Shown here piece by piece: positions 11,362 to 23,818 of a DNA stretch of 64,000 bases. The stretch is from positions 16,988,001-17,052,000 of the forward strand of contig OZ024757.1 in the NCBI GenBank assembly GCA_964016885.1. The letters are read 5' to 3'. Position 1 is the first letter of the stretch. Each line of letters starts with the position of its first letter. The notes under the pieces were generated by a model. It saw nothing but the letters and a program-made list of their open reading frames with translations. It had not been told where the DNA came from and searched no databases. This DNA comes from Eledone cirrhosa (taxonomy: Eukaryota). The position numbers and the translations under genes were made by a program.

Positions 11362-13952
11362 ACCTGTCTACAGAACCTAACATACTTGAGGGCTAACCTG
11401 TCTACAGAACCTGAGATACTTGAGGGCTAACCTGTCTACAGAACCTAAGATACTTGAGAGCTAACCTGGCAACAGAACCTGAGATACTTGAGGGTTCATC
11501 TAGCTACAGAAGTAAGATACGTGAAGGTTATCCTGTCTACAGATTCTAAGATACTTGAAGGTTATCCTGTCTACAGATTTTAAGATACTTGAAGGCTATC
11601 CTATCTACAGAACTAAGATACTTGAAGGCTATCCTATCTACAGAACTAAGATACTTGAAGGCTATCCTATCTACAGATTCTAAGATACTTGAAGGTTATC
11701 CTGTCTACTGATTCTAAGATACTTGAAGGCTATCCTATCTACAGATTCTAAGATACTTGAAGGTTATCCTGTCTACAGATTCTAAGATACTTGAAGGCTA
11801 TCCTATCTCCAGATTCTAAGATACTTGAAGGCTATCCTGTCTACAGATTCTAAGATACTTGAAGGTTATCCTGTCTACAGATTCTAAGATACTTGAAGGC
11901 TATCCTATCTCCAGATTCTAAGATACTTGAAGGCTATACTGTCTACAGATTCTAAGATACGTGAAGGCTATCCTGTCTACAGATTCTAAGATACTTGAAG
12001 GCTATCCTATCTCCAGATTCTAAGATACTTGAAGGCTATCCTGTCTACAGATTCTAAGATACGTGAAGGTTATCCTGTCTACAGATTCTAAGATACTTGA
12101 AGGCTATCCTATCTCCAGATTCTAAGATACTTGAAGGCTATCCTGTCTACAGATTCTAAGATACGTGAAGGCTATCCTATCTCCAGATTCTAAGATACTT
12201 GAAGGCTATCCTATCTACAGATTCTAAGATACTTGAAGGCTATCCTATCTCCAGATTCTAAGATACTTGAAGGCTATCCTATCTCCAGATTCTAAGATAC
12301 TTGAAGGCTATCCTATCTCCAGATTCTAAGATACTTGAAGGCTATCCTATCTACAGATTCTAAGATACTTGAAGGCTATCCTATCTCCAGATTCTAAGAT
12401 ACTTGAAGGCTATCCTATCTCCAGATTCTAAGATACTTGAAGGCTATCCTATCTACAGATTCTAAGATACTTGAAGGCTATCCTATCTACAGATTCTAAG
12501 ATACTTGAAGGCTATCCTATCTCCAGATTCTAAGATACTTGAAGGCTATCCTGTCTACAGATTCTAAGATACTTGAAGGCTATCCTATCTCCAGATTCTA
12601 AGATACTTGAAGGCTATCCTGTCTACAGATTCTAAGATACTTGAAGGCTATCCTCTCTACAGATTCTAAGATACGTGAAGGCTATCCTATCTACGGATTC
12701 TAAGATACTTGAAGGCTATCCTATCTACAGATTCTAAGATACTTGAAGGTTATCCTGTCTACTGATTCTAAGATACTTGAAGGCTATCCTATCTACAGAT
12801 TCTAAGATACTTGAAGGCTATCCTATCTACAGATTCTAAGATACTTGAAGGCTATCCTATCTACAGATTGTAAGATACTTGAAGGTTATCCTGTCTACTG
12901 ATTCTAAGATACTTGAAGGCTATCCTGTCTACAGAACTAAGATACTTGAAGGCTATCCTATCTACAGATTCTAAGATACTTGAAGGCTATCCTATCTCCA
13001 GATTCTAAGATACTTGAAGGCTATCCTGTCTACAGATTCTAAGATACTTGAAGGCTATCCTCTCTACAGATTCTAAGATACGTGAAGGCTATCCTATCTA
13101 CAGATTCTAAGATACTTGAAGGCTATCCTATCTACAGATTCTAAGATACTTGAAGGCTATCCTATCTCCAGATTCTAAGATACTTGAAGGCTATCCTGTC
13201 TACAGATTCTAAGATACTTGAAGGCTATCCTATCTACAGATTCTAAGATACTTGAAGGCTATCCTGTCTACAGATTCTAAGATACTTGAAGGTTATCCTG
13301 TCTACTGATTCTAAGATACTTGAAGGCTATCCTATCTACAGATTCTAAGATACTTGAAGGCTATCCTATCTCCAGATTCTAAGATACTTGAAGGTTATCC
13401 TGTCTACTGATTCTAAGATACTTGAAGGCTATCCTATCTACAGATTCTAAGATACTTGAAGGCTATCCTGTCTACAGATTCTAAGATACTTGAAGGCTAT
13501 CCTGTCTACAGATTCTAAGATACGTGAAGGCTATCCTGTCTACAGAACTAAGATACTTGAAGGCTATCCTGTCTACAGATTCTAAGATACTTGAAGGCTA
13601 TCCTGTCTACAGAACTAAGATACTTGAAGGCTATCCTGTCTACAGATTCTAAGATACGTGAAGGCTATCCTGTCTACAGATTCTAAGATACTTGAAGGCT
13701 ATCCTCTCTACAGATTCTAAGATACTTGAAGGCTATCCTCTCTACAGATTCTAAGATACGTGAAGGCTATCCTCTCTACAGATTCTAAGATACTTGAAGG
13801 CTAACCTGGCGACAGAACCTGAGATACTTGAGGGCTCACCAGGCTACAGAATGTAAAATACTTGAGGACTAACCTGTCTACAGAACATAAGATAGAAGAG
13901 GGCACACCTGGCTTCAGAACCTAAGATATAAGGGCTCACCTGTCTACAGAAC
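11362..13952. repeat. 34-bp minisatellite, about 75 copies
   Basis: TCTACAGATTCTAAGATACTTGAAGGCTATCCTR, period 34; diverged units at both edges. Confidence 0.97.
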
Positions 13953-13973
13953 CAAAACTACAATTGGGCTTAC

Positions 13974-14117
13974 CTGCATACAGAAATGTCCACAACCAGG
14001 ACAACACTGATGCTGTTTGAGGGACTGTCGATGGAACTCACAGACTGCCATGAATGGGATCTTGATGGCCGGCCGTACTAACAGACTGTTGGTCACTTTG
14101 TTACAACAACCCATCAC
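13974..14117 (-). CDS. EHMT1: EHMT exon, Cys-rich region VMGCCNKVTNSLLVRPAIKIPFMAVCEFHRQSLKQHQCCPGCGHFCMQ
   Basis: tacag|...|gtaag, 144 nt, phase 0-0; CExHR..L..H.CCPGCG.FC motif of G9a/GLP. Confidence 0.95.
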
Positions 14118-14322
14118 CTGTAATGATAAAACAAATAATGAGGTGGACATACAAGGAAAGGAAGTGGTTGAATTACATAACCAGACACACAGGTGTATTC
14201 ATGTATTTATACATTATATATATACAGACTCACACACATGCACACATACAATCATACACAAGAGTATTCCATCCTCCACAAAGTAGCTGCTAAGTCGATA
14301 GCAATATATACATTATGTGTGG

Positions 14323-14373
<51 letters not shown>

Positions 14374-14534
14374 AGGTGAGTTTTATTGTAGTACAATAAA
14401 GCAATGCAGATATCGGATAAGAAGCACTCTACAGTTTGTAGGACTGGAGTATACATAATATATAAGAACAAAAGATGGTTGTTTTAAAACTGCACTATCC
14501 ACAAGTGTTTTTTAACCTTCATATCATGTCTTCC

Positions 14535-14605
14535 TGTTTTATCTGATGAAAACACAAATATTATTGCATGATGATATTTGTTTTTGAAATGCGCATAATA
14601 AAATA
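14535..14605 (+). ncRNA. Minimal hammerhead ribozyme motif with TGCGCA palindrome
   Basis: tgttttat-CTGATGA-long stem II (acaaatattat/atgatatttgt)-GAAA-tgcgca-TA-ataaaata. Confidence 0.8.
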
Positions 14606-14642
14606 CATGGAACTCTTTTAACCATCTTATATATTATATATA

Positions 14643-14707
<65 letters not shown>

Positions 14708-14710
<3 letters not shown>

Positions 14711-14867
14711 TGAAATTACGTTATAATGAAATTCACGGGGTATAAAAGAAAATTTGTTGTAACGAAAATTTCTTTATAACGAGATCAACCTAACACATAG
14801 AGCATGTGGCTGGGGATAGAAAAAGTTTCATTATACTGAAAAATTCATTATGACGGAATTTTACCTG
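14708..14867. mobile_element. pogo/Tigger-type MITE
   Basis: TA-CAGT...CTG-TA ends with imperfect TIRs and internal TTATAACGAAA-like repeats. Confidence 0.55.
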
Positions 14868-15013
14868 TATATTTGTATATTGTTCAGTAAAAAATTTGCT
14901 TTGGTAAAAACAGGAGTAAGCAGGAGAAAGCTCTCTACATTCGTAGTGTCTAGTTATGATGGAGATTCAGTATATGAATAACATGAGGAAAGATGCTGTG
15001 ATTAGATAAAGTG

Positions 15014-15113
15014 TTTATTCATCTGAGGAAATCGCTCCCATACCAGCAACATATGCAAATACTGCATCTTGGATTGCATAAGGGTAGCCATGGAAATGAT
15101 TTTAATGAATAAA
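15014..15113 (+). ncRNA. Degenerate hammerhead motif inside a ~45-bp inverted repeat
   Basis: tttattcat-CTGAGGA-long imperfect stem II-GAAA-tgattt-TA-atgaataaa. Confidence 0.55.
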
Positions 15114-15145
15114 GACTTTATGTAATGACAACATCTTTCTTAATG

Positions 15146-15204
<59 letters not shown>

Positions 15205-15249
15205 TATATAAAGACATAAAGACACAGATAGGTTAAAAAAATATGTTAC

Positions 15250-15381
15250 CTTGCCATCAATAGAATCTAAGGCTTGACAATAAGTGACTGCTGGCAGTTT
15301 TTTAAATGTGACACCATTGATCTTACAACAACAAAGGGGAATAACTACTTGTGGTGTTGTTATTCCCTGTTGAGAATGTCC
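15250..15381 (-). CDS. EHMT1: EHMT exon GHSQQGITTPQVVIPLCCCKINGVTFKKLPAVTYCQALDSIDGK
   Basis: tacag|...|gtaac, 132 nt, phase 0-0; PLC.C ... C.A..S.DG as in G9a. Confidence 0.92.
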
Positions 15382-15479
15382 CTGTAATCACAAAAGAGAA
15401 TATATTTATAGATATATATAAAAAATAAAAAATGATACAAAAACAATTAATGTTATTAGGTTCGCACATTCAGTAACCA

Positions 15480-15975
15480 GAAGAAAGGAGGTAGGCATAA
15501 AAGCCAAACTTGTTATCTTCAATTCTGTATTTGTGCCAACTCTTACTTGTGGTCATGAATAGTGGGTAATGACCAAAAGACAACGATCGCGAATGCAAGC
15601 GGCCGAAATGGTATTTCTCTGAATGGTCTTTGGAGTAACATTACTCAATAGAGTGCATAGCTCGGACATCAGAGAGTCACTCCAGGTAGAGATGCTACTT
15701 CTCCCAATTGAGAGATCACAGCTCCGATACTATGGGCTTGAGGTTAGACTGTCTCAGAAAAGAATCCCCCCGAACAGATTTTACGGCCAAAAGCAATTGG
15801 CGGGAGACCCAGAGATAAACCACGAACAAGATGGTTGGATAGCATCCCTGAGCTTGACTGGTCTCGCTTGTGAATCCAGCTGGATCAGTTGGAGACTGTT
15901 GCTTCTGACAGGAGTGTTTGAGGCCTCTGCTCCCATCACCCTCTCAGGAATAAGTGGGTGAAGAAGGAAAAAGAA
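15480..15975 (+). mobile_element. Decayed RTE-clade LINE 3' fragment
   Basis: VFVPTLTCGHE*WVMT...MQAAEM...IERSQLRYYG with stops; homologous fragment at 26701-26990 (-). Confidence 0.78.
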
Positions 15976-16468
15976 GTGGAAGAGAAGGAAAAAGAAGTTC
16001 AACATATCGGACTGTAGTCTTTCGTTAGGGGAGTACAAATAGATAGACGAGAAAAAATAAAAAGGAGGAAAAGGAGGATATGGGAGTATGTGTGTGATGC
16101 TTTTAATTTTTTATGTGTAAAATTTTTTTTAGTTGGGAATGGTGGATGAGAACTCGCTTGAGAGTTGAGAAAAGGGACAAGGGGTAGATAAATAAAAGAG
16201 GAAAGAAGGTCGTGGAAGATCTGAGTGGTGAACAGTTAAAAAATACTCCCACAATCCAAAGCCTGGGTAATCAACTGGTGATCCATGGTTGGTCGAGATT
16301 GTTGGAAGGACATGGAAATATCCACTTAGTTTTGACAAAACAAGATGAAGTGAAGCTCAATGTGTTGTTATGATTATAAATTATGCAGATCAAATAAATC
16401 AAAAGTAAGGTGTAGGAAGTAAGATCCGAAAGATTGAAAAATTAGCTGCATCACAGAGCATTAATATA

Positions 16469-17062
16469 TCATCATCATCATCATCAACGTTTAACGTCCG
16501 TGTTCCACGCTTGCATGGGTTTGGACGGGGGTAGTCCCACTTGAGGCAAGAGTGATTGTCTTGCTCGCATAGGACTGTCTGGCAGGTTTTCTACAGTTGG
16601 ATGCCCTTCCTAACACCAACCACATTTACAGTGTGGGTCTGGGAGGTTTTTACCGTGTTGCCTACACGGCCACATTACAGCGTGGACTGTGTGTTTTTTG
16701 TCGTGACACCTACACGATCTCATTTGTTTCGGCCTGGATGGTGTGGCACCAACATAACTTTACATAGAACGGGGTGGTGTGGATGGGGTGGGGGTGGTGG
16801 GGGTGGGACGGGGTGTATTTTGTTAGAGATGCCTACTGGCTGGAGTAGGTTTTACTATATATATTTAGGTAAGGCGGGTCTTCTCTGTTACTGAGTACCG
16901 CCAAAGGTCTCGGTCCAGTGACATTGTCTTGGAGAGGTGTAAGTGTGTGATGTCGGAGTTTATCAGCTCGTCCCAGGTTTTTCTAGGTCTGCCTATTCCG
17001 TGACTACCGTCTATCTTTATTGCCCTGCACTTTGTTATACAGCTATCGACTTTCATGCGCAT
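16469..17062 (-). mobile_element. Longest copy of the RTE-related retroposon, including an RTE C-terminal coding remnant
   Basis: GRPRKTWDELI...DRDLWR remnant at 16865-17062 joined to the shared 3' body. Confidence 0.78.
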
Positions 17063-19016
17063 CATATATATTGATAGGAAATACCAGAGTTTGCAAAGAA
17101 ACTCTTTGCAAAATCTTTGGTTTTCTTTTCAATACACTCACACAAATATTAGTTGCATGCCTTCAAAATATGTCTTCATAGGTAACTTTGGTCAGAACAG
17201 TAATTCAGCATTATCAGAGCTGGTATGTATGTCCTGTACTGCCCAATCCTCAGTTTTACATGTGAATATATATACACATACAGATGCATAATATATATAT
17301 AGTTCAAGGAAACAACAGAGGTACAAAAAGCCTTATTAGTTTCACGTTTTATATGGAAAATGGGAAAGAAAGTTTGATGTCGGTCTTTAGTCCTTCTTCA
17401 GGAGTGCAAAATTAGGGACAGGATCACAAAGGATAGATACAAAAATAAAAGGTAGTCCAATGAAAGTTTAAAAAAAAAACGAAAATAAAAAGATAAACCA
17501 TTAGGTAGTCTTGGTAATGAAGTTGGAACACAAAATGAAATGTGTGTGTATAAGTGTCGATATTATGTATGAGTGTAAACGTATGTTTAAACGTGTGTGT
17601 TTTTGTAGATATATTGTGTAAAGTATCAAGGTTTGTGTGTGTTATCCGTATATCTATGTGGTATGTGGTAATGGACTTGTATGTGTGAGTGAATGGAAGT
17701 TTGAATGTGTTTACTGTATATGTACATTGAAGTTATTTTGTGTGTGTGTGTGTAAAGTATCTGGTAGTGTTAGCGTATGTCCGTGAGATGTGTGGATTTG
17801 TATGTATGAGTGTATGATACATTTGAATGTGTGTATGTATGTTGAAGTTTATATTGTGTACTTGTATTTCAAACCTGGATATTAACCCACACCTTGTGAC
17901 AGCTCTATTTTACCATCCTGTCCAGCCAGCGGATTACCCTTGGACCTTGAATATTTGGATATATATATATATATCATCATCATCATCATTTAACATCTAT
18001 CTTCCACGTTAGCATGGGTTAGACGGGTTTGTCCCATTTGAGATAAGTTCGGTTGAGTGACCATGTCTCACTCGTATAGGACTGTTTCTGGCTGGTTTTC
18101 TACAGCTGGATGCCCTTCTTAACTCCAACCATATTTACAATGTGTGCTGGGTGCTTTTTGTCTTGTCTCCTACACAACCACTTTACAGTGTGGACTGCAT
18201 ACTGTTTGTTGTGACACCTACATGACTACCTTACAATGTGAGCTTAATGTTTTGTGGTACCAACATAACTTTACAGAGAAAGGGTGGTGTGGGCGGAAGT
18301 GGGGGTGTAGGGTGTATATTGGATAGGTAAAGATGACAAAACAGGACAAGGGAGTAAACAATTAAAAATGTGTGAGTTTCAAACAAAGTAAACAAAAAAT
18401 GTGTATATACAGTCCATGTTTGTGTTTTGGCTTCAACCTTTGATCCATACATATTATTTACCCATTCATTGTGATATTTCTAATGAAAGACACTGTCTGG
18501 GATTTTCAAATATCTTTTAAGACAATCAAGAATTTAGAGGGACTGGCGTCCGGTTCAGGAGGAAGTCTTGTACTCTCAGTCGCTTCACGCAATGAAACCG
18601 TGATAAGCACCGGCCAAATGAGCCTTCTGGCTTAAGACAGACTTTAGACTCTTTTTTTTTACAGCGTGTAGATGGGTAGATGAATGTGTGTCCTTATCTC
18701 ATCTCTGAACATACCATATATACTCAAATATAAGCCGACCACACGATTTTATGTCGGAGAAATGGGCTGAAATCCAAACCCTATTTACATAAAAATCGTC
18801 AAAATATTGAACCCCAAATATAACCTGACTTTGCTTCTACCATCGATATTTTTGGTCACATATTCCTCGGCTCATATCTAAGTGTATATGCTATGTGTCT
18901 TCCTGTACGCAATGTGTGTCTATATCTCACTTGTGTGCATATGTCACCCTGTGTGATGTGTGTATGCCTCCTTTACATGATATATATATATATGTATGAA
19001 TGAATGTGTATCTTAC

Positions 19017-19115
19017 CTTTGTATGTATGAGTCTTCCCCTTGTGATGTGTGTATGTGTCTTCCCTCCTCTGTATGGATGCCTCCAGTGTGGTGAGTGTTG
19101 CTGTTGCTGCTGCTG
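19017..19115 (-). CDS. EHMT1: Candidate (possibly alternative) EHMT exon QQQQQQHSPHWRHPYRGGKTHTHITRGRLIHTK
   Basis: pyrimidine tract + cag acceptor, AAG|gtaag donor, 99 nt, phase 0-0; no homology support. Confidence 0.5.
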
Positions 19116-19531
19116 CTGCAAGTAGAAGAGTTACGTCCCTTACATCATGTATACCACAATATTCTTTCTTCTTAGACCAGTAACTCCTGATGGAGTTGTA
19201 GGAGTGCCGTAATGACATACAGCATTTCTCGGGCATTTTTTAAACCTAGCAGAGCCCATCTCCTCTCCAGGTCTGAACACAGCAGATTTCTTCCAGAGAA
19301 AGAGAGAGAGAGAGTGATAGAGAAGAAGTGAGAAAGAGATATAGAGGGAGAATCGACCCCAGTACTAGACTGGTACTTTTTTATCGACCTCAAAACGATT
19401 TGAAATCAGAGAAGAGAGAGCCAGAAGGAATAGCCCAAAGCATTCTGACATTCTAATGACTTTGCCAATTCACTGCCTTGTATGTCATAATACAGATACA
19501 TTAAAACATATTTAAAGACTACTGATATATA

Positions 19532-20076
19532 AGAGGGGACTTCAAAAAGTTTGTGGAAAAAGTACATAGCTAAAAATCATATGCAGGAATTTTGATCTCA
19601 ATGCACCCATACCTTCTCGTACTAACATGTCATAACATGTTCTAACATGAACCCTTAAATGCATGTTGCAACGCTGTGGTGCCAGTCGGAAGTCACTACC
19701 CGCTCGAGCAACATGGCCTCCATCAAAACATCAAATTCATGATGAAGCTAGGGTGGAAGAGCAGCCAAATCACTCTGGAGCAAGTTTATGGGGACAATGC
19801 CCTAAAGAAATCAACAACCTAAAAAATGGATGTTATCTTAGAAGGGGAAGAGATGAAGTTGAAGATGATCCCCAATTGAAGATGTAAAAGAAACCTGCTC
19901 TGACATGATTTAAATCACATGGCCCTCAGTTTTACACAGATGGGCTTAAAGGCTGGTATCAGTACTTGCAGAAGTGTATTGACCTAGATGGAATATAATG
20001 TTGAAAAATAAACATCATAACTTGAACCATTTTTTTCCAACTGTCCCTTTTCCATGAACTTTTTGAAGCCCCCTCA
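19532..20076 (+). mobile_element. Internally deleted mariner element, Hsmar2/irritans-like
   Basis: ~28-bp TIRs GAGGGG.CTTCAAAAAGTT..TGGAAAA, TA flanks; transposase remnants IKFMMKLGWK...VYGDNA...GRDEVEDD and PQFYTDGLKGWY..LQKCIDLDG..VEK*. Confidence 0.85.
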
Positions 20077-20784
20077 TATATAAGTGAGTGTGTATGTGAA
20101 GGTACATGGCTTTGTGAATCAACTCAAGAGTGTTTATGGAGGTACGGTGTGTCCTTGAGCAAGAAACTTTTTTTCACGTTGCTCCAGTCTACTCAACTGC
20201 CAAAAACGAGTTGTACCTGTAATTAATGCTGAATCTCCCTGAGAACTACGTTAAGGGCATATGTGTTTGTGGAATGCTCTGTCATGTGGGGGAACAGCTT
20301 TTCTTTCAAATAACATCATAGCTTTAATAACATACACTGCATTTCAATTGATTAATGAAGAATTTGGAGGGATTTGCACAAATTAATCATCATTTAAATT
20401 CAGTAATTATTACCTAAAATAGTATTACATAAAACTATGTTGGAGGGTTTTAATTTAAATAGAAAAACTAGAGAAGAAAAATCCAATTTACAGCTCATAC
20501 AAATGTAGGTTTAGTAGACTTCATGTAAGGTTTTTGGGGTGTGTTAACTTTTAATGCCCTGTATATAAACCATATTTAGATAGCTACATAGATGTAAGTA
20601 TATATTTTGATATATATATAGAGAGAGAGGGGCTATTTTTAGATTGATACATACATATAAGCTATATTTAGATAGAGGCATAGATAAGCTATATTTAGAG
20701 ACATAGATATATAAGCTATATTTAGATAGATACATAGATATATTTAGATAGAGAGATAGATATATATAAACTATATTTACTTAC

Positions 20785-21159
20785 CATATTTCCTTTAGAT
20801 GACACGTCATTCAACATTAAATGTTTGTTGTTTTCAAGTGTCTTTGGTGATGGTGGGGTGGATGATAGGGAAACACCATTAGGACCCAGTAAAGACCGTA
20901 AGCCAGGGGACGATAATGATGTAGTCGCGGTGGAGTATATGGGAGCGGCAGCGACCATCTGACCAAGAATGGACACTTTTGCGCCCTCACTGGTCATCAC
21001 CACATTAATGGGTGCTGTCGGAGGGTTGGATAAGGTGCGGCAACTGGAAGCACTTGTGGCGGAAGAGGTGTTGGTGGTCGTTGTGGTGATTGTCGAGGTA
21101 GTCGACGTCATTAAGGGGCTTGGTGGAGGCGCAGTTATTGTGGTTATTGCTGCTGGCTT
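20785..21159 (-). CDS. EHMT1: EHMT Ser/Thr/Pro-rich exon KPAAITTITAPPPSPLMTSTT...SSKGNM
   Basis: tgtag|...|gtaagt, 375 nt open frame, phase 0-0, coding-like GC content. Confidence 0.82.
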
Positions 21160-22485
21160 CTACAAGAGAAACACAGTTTATAAAAAAAATTTTAAAAAAA
21201 GATTGTGGTTGCTAAGCTGTATGGCTGTTGTTGTTTAGCCATCAGGTCAGCAACTAACCCTGCAGACCTATAACCAAACACATTCCAATATTCCATCCAT
21301 GACCATCCATCTTATTTATAAAGAACTACATTATCTTTATCTAATATCTCAGTTGATACAGTTTGCTCATAACATTGTGTAATGTATATAAAATAGTTGT
21401 TTCTACTTTTGGCACAAGGCCAGCAATTACCCAGTGTATTATTGGTACTTTATTTTATCGACCCCGTAAGGATGAAAGGCAAAGTTAACCTTTATGTATA
21501 TAAAATAGTGTTTTATTACAAGGCTACTACTACAGTATTTGAAAATGAGACATTGTATGTATGGTCCTGTAACTCCTAATAGAGTTGTAGGGGTGCCATA
21601 TTGACATAGAGCATTTCAAGCCTGGCAGAGCCCATCCCTTTCCAGGCCTGAGTACAGCAGATTTCTCCCAGAGAAAGATAGAAAGTGAGAGAGAGGAAAT
21701 GAGAAAGACATAGAGAGGAAGACTCCACCTCAGTACTAGACTGGTACTTTTTTTTATCAACCTTAAAAGTATGGAAGGCAAAGTTGACCTCAGCAGGATT
21801 TGAACTGAGAGGGCAGAGAGCCTGAGCGAATGCCATAAAGCATTCCATCCGACGTTCTAACGACTTTGCCAATTTGCTGCCTATATGACCAATATACTGC
21901 CTCAAAATGTCTTGTCCAACCCATACCAGCTTGGAAATCTTGATGCAAAATACAATGAATAATGATGATTCTAAAGTTGATAATTCAACTTCATTACTGG
22001 GTATGTCAAAACATTTTATATAAAATGGAGGAAAGATAAGCTTATACAACAACAACAACACACACCACAAGTTTAACCATTAATTCTAATGAAAACACTG
22101 CCTGTGGTTTTCAAATAAATTTGTAAATAACCAACAATTTAGAAGGATGTAGTAATATATCCAACACTCTCATTATTAAGTTGGTGTTTAGAATATAACT
22201 TAACGAATGTTCTTACATAAAATTATGAAGGAACGTTTTTAGATAAATAAATATAAAATTTAAAATAAACACCTTTATATTGTACAACGAGGGAAGGTTT
22301 TAGGTAGTGTTGTATTAAAAGAGTTAACAAGTTGTATACTGGTATGCAGTGCTCAGACTGAAAGTCTCTGATGGAGCAAAGCCCTTTGTAGGAGACACTA
22401 GTTGTTGTTACATATCACAGAAGCATAGACAGAGGGAATATCCATGAGCCAGAATTATCCAACTGGCCAACTACAATTCAAAGTG

Positions 22486-22520
<35 letters not shown>

Positions 22521-22579
22521 GCCCCCAGTCCACACTGTAAAGTGTTCATTTTGGTGCCACAAAATTGGTTACGTTGGTA

Positions 22580-23555
22580 ACACGACAAAAAGCGCCCAGC
22601 CCACACTATAAAGTGATTTTATAGGTGTCAAGACAAAAAGCACCCAACCCACACTGTAAAGTGGTCTGTAGGCATCAAGACAAAAAGCACCCAACCCACA
22701 CTGTAAAGTGGTCTGTAGGCATCAAGACAAAAAGCACCCAACCCACACTGTAAAGTGGTCTGTAGGCGTCAAGACAAAAAGCACCCAACCCACACTGTAA
22801 AGTGGTCTGTAGGCGTCAAGACAAAAAGCACCCAACCCACACTGTAAAGTGGTCTGTAGGCGTCAAGACAAAAAGCACCCAACCCACACTGTAAAGTGGT
22901 CTGTAGGCGTCAAGACAAAAAGCACCTAGCCCACACTGTAAAGTGGTCTGTAGGCGTCAAGACAAAAAGCACCTAGCCCACACTGTAAAGTGGTCTGTAG
23001 GCGTCAAGACAAAAAGCACCCAACCCACACTGTAAAGTGGTCTGTAGGCGTCAAGACAAAAAGCACCCAACCCACACTGTAAAGTGGTCTGTAGGCGTCA
23101 AGACAAAAAGCACCCAACCCACACTGTAAAGTGGTCTGTAGGCATCAAGATAAAAAGCACCCAACCCACACTGTAAAGTGGTCTGTAGGCGTCAAGACAA
23201 AAAGCACCCAACCCACACTGTAAAGTGGTCTGTAGGCGTCAAGACAAAAAGCACCCAACCCACACTGTAAAGTGGTCTGTAGGCGTCAAGACAAAAAGCA
23301 CCCAACCCACACTGTAAAGTGGTCTGTAGGCGTCAAGACAAAAAGCACCCAACCCACACTGTAAAGTGGTTTGTAGGCGTCAAGACAAAAAGCACCTAGC
23401 CCACACTGTAAAGTGGTCTGTAGGCGTCAAGACAAAAAGCACCTAGCCCACACTGTAAAGTGGTCTGTAGGCGTCAAGACAAAAAGCACCCAACCCACAC
23501 TGTAAAGTGGTCTGTAGGCGTCAAGACAAAAAGCACCCAACCCACACTGTAAATG
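22580..23555. repeat. 47-bp minisatellite, about 20 copies, embedded in a SINE-like body
   Basis: CAAGACAAAAAGCACCCAACCCACACTGTAAAGTGGTCTGTAGGCGT, period 47. Confidence 0.95.
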
Positions 23556-23722
23556 TGGTTGGCATTGAGAAAGGCATCCAGCTGTAGAAACCACGCTAAA
23601 ATCAGCTCTATATGAGCAAGACACGGTCATCTGATCTGGCTTGTCTCATGAGACAGCTCGTCTAACCCATACTAGCATGGAAAAATAAACATTAAACAGT
23701 GATGATGATGATGATATATATA

Positions 23723-23818
23723 CAGGGTGTCCCCAAAAAATGTATACATATCGCAACAGCATTTTAATATTGCCTGTACAGATAATCAAAGTATGTATAC
23801 ATTTTTTCGGGCCCCCTG
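23723..23818. mobile_element. Tc1/mariner-type MITE
   Basis: CAGGGTGTCCCCAAAAAATGTATACA / TGTATACATTTTTTCGGGCCCCCTG inverted ends, TA flanks. Confidence 0.65.

Noticed and set aside
11362-13952. Regular 34-bp array resembling CRISPR (also the 36-, 47- and ~70-bp arrays)
   Set aside because: Units are head-to-tail with no unique spacers, there are no cas genes, and the context is a eukaryotic intron
17142-17232. Possible extra EHMT exon ending in a gtgagt donor
   Set aside because: In-frame stop in the phase required by the neighbouring exons
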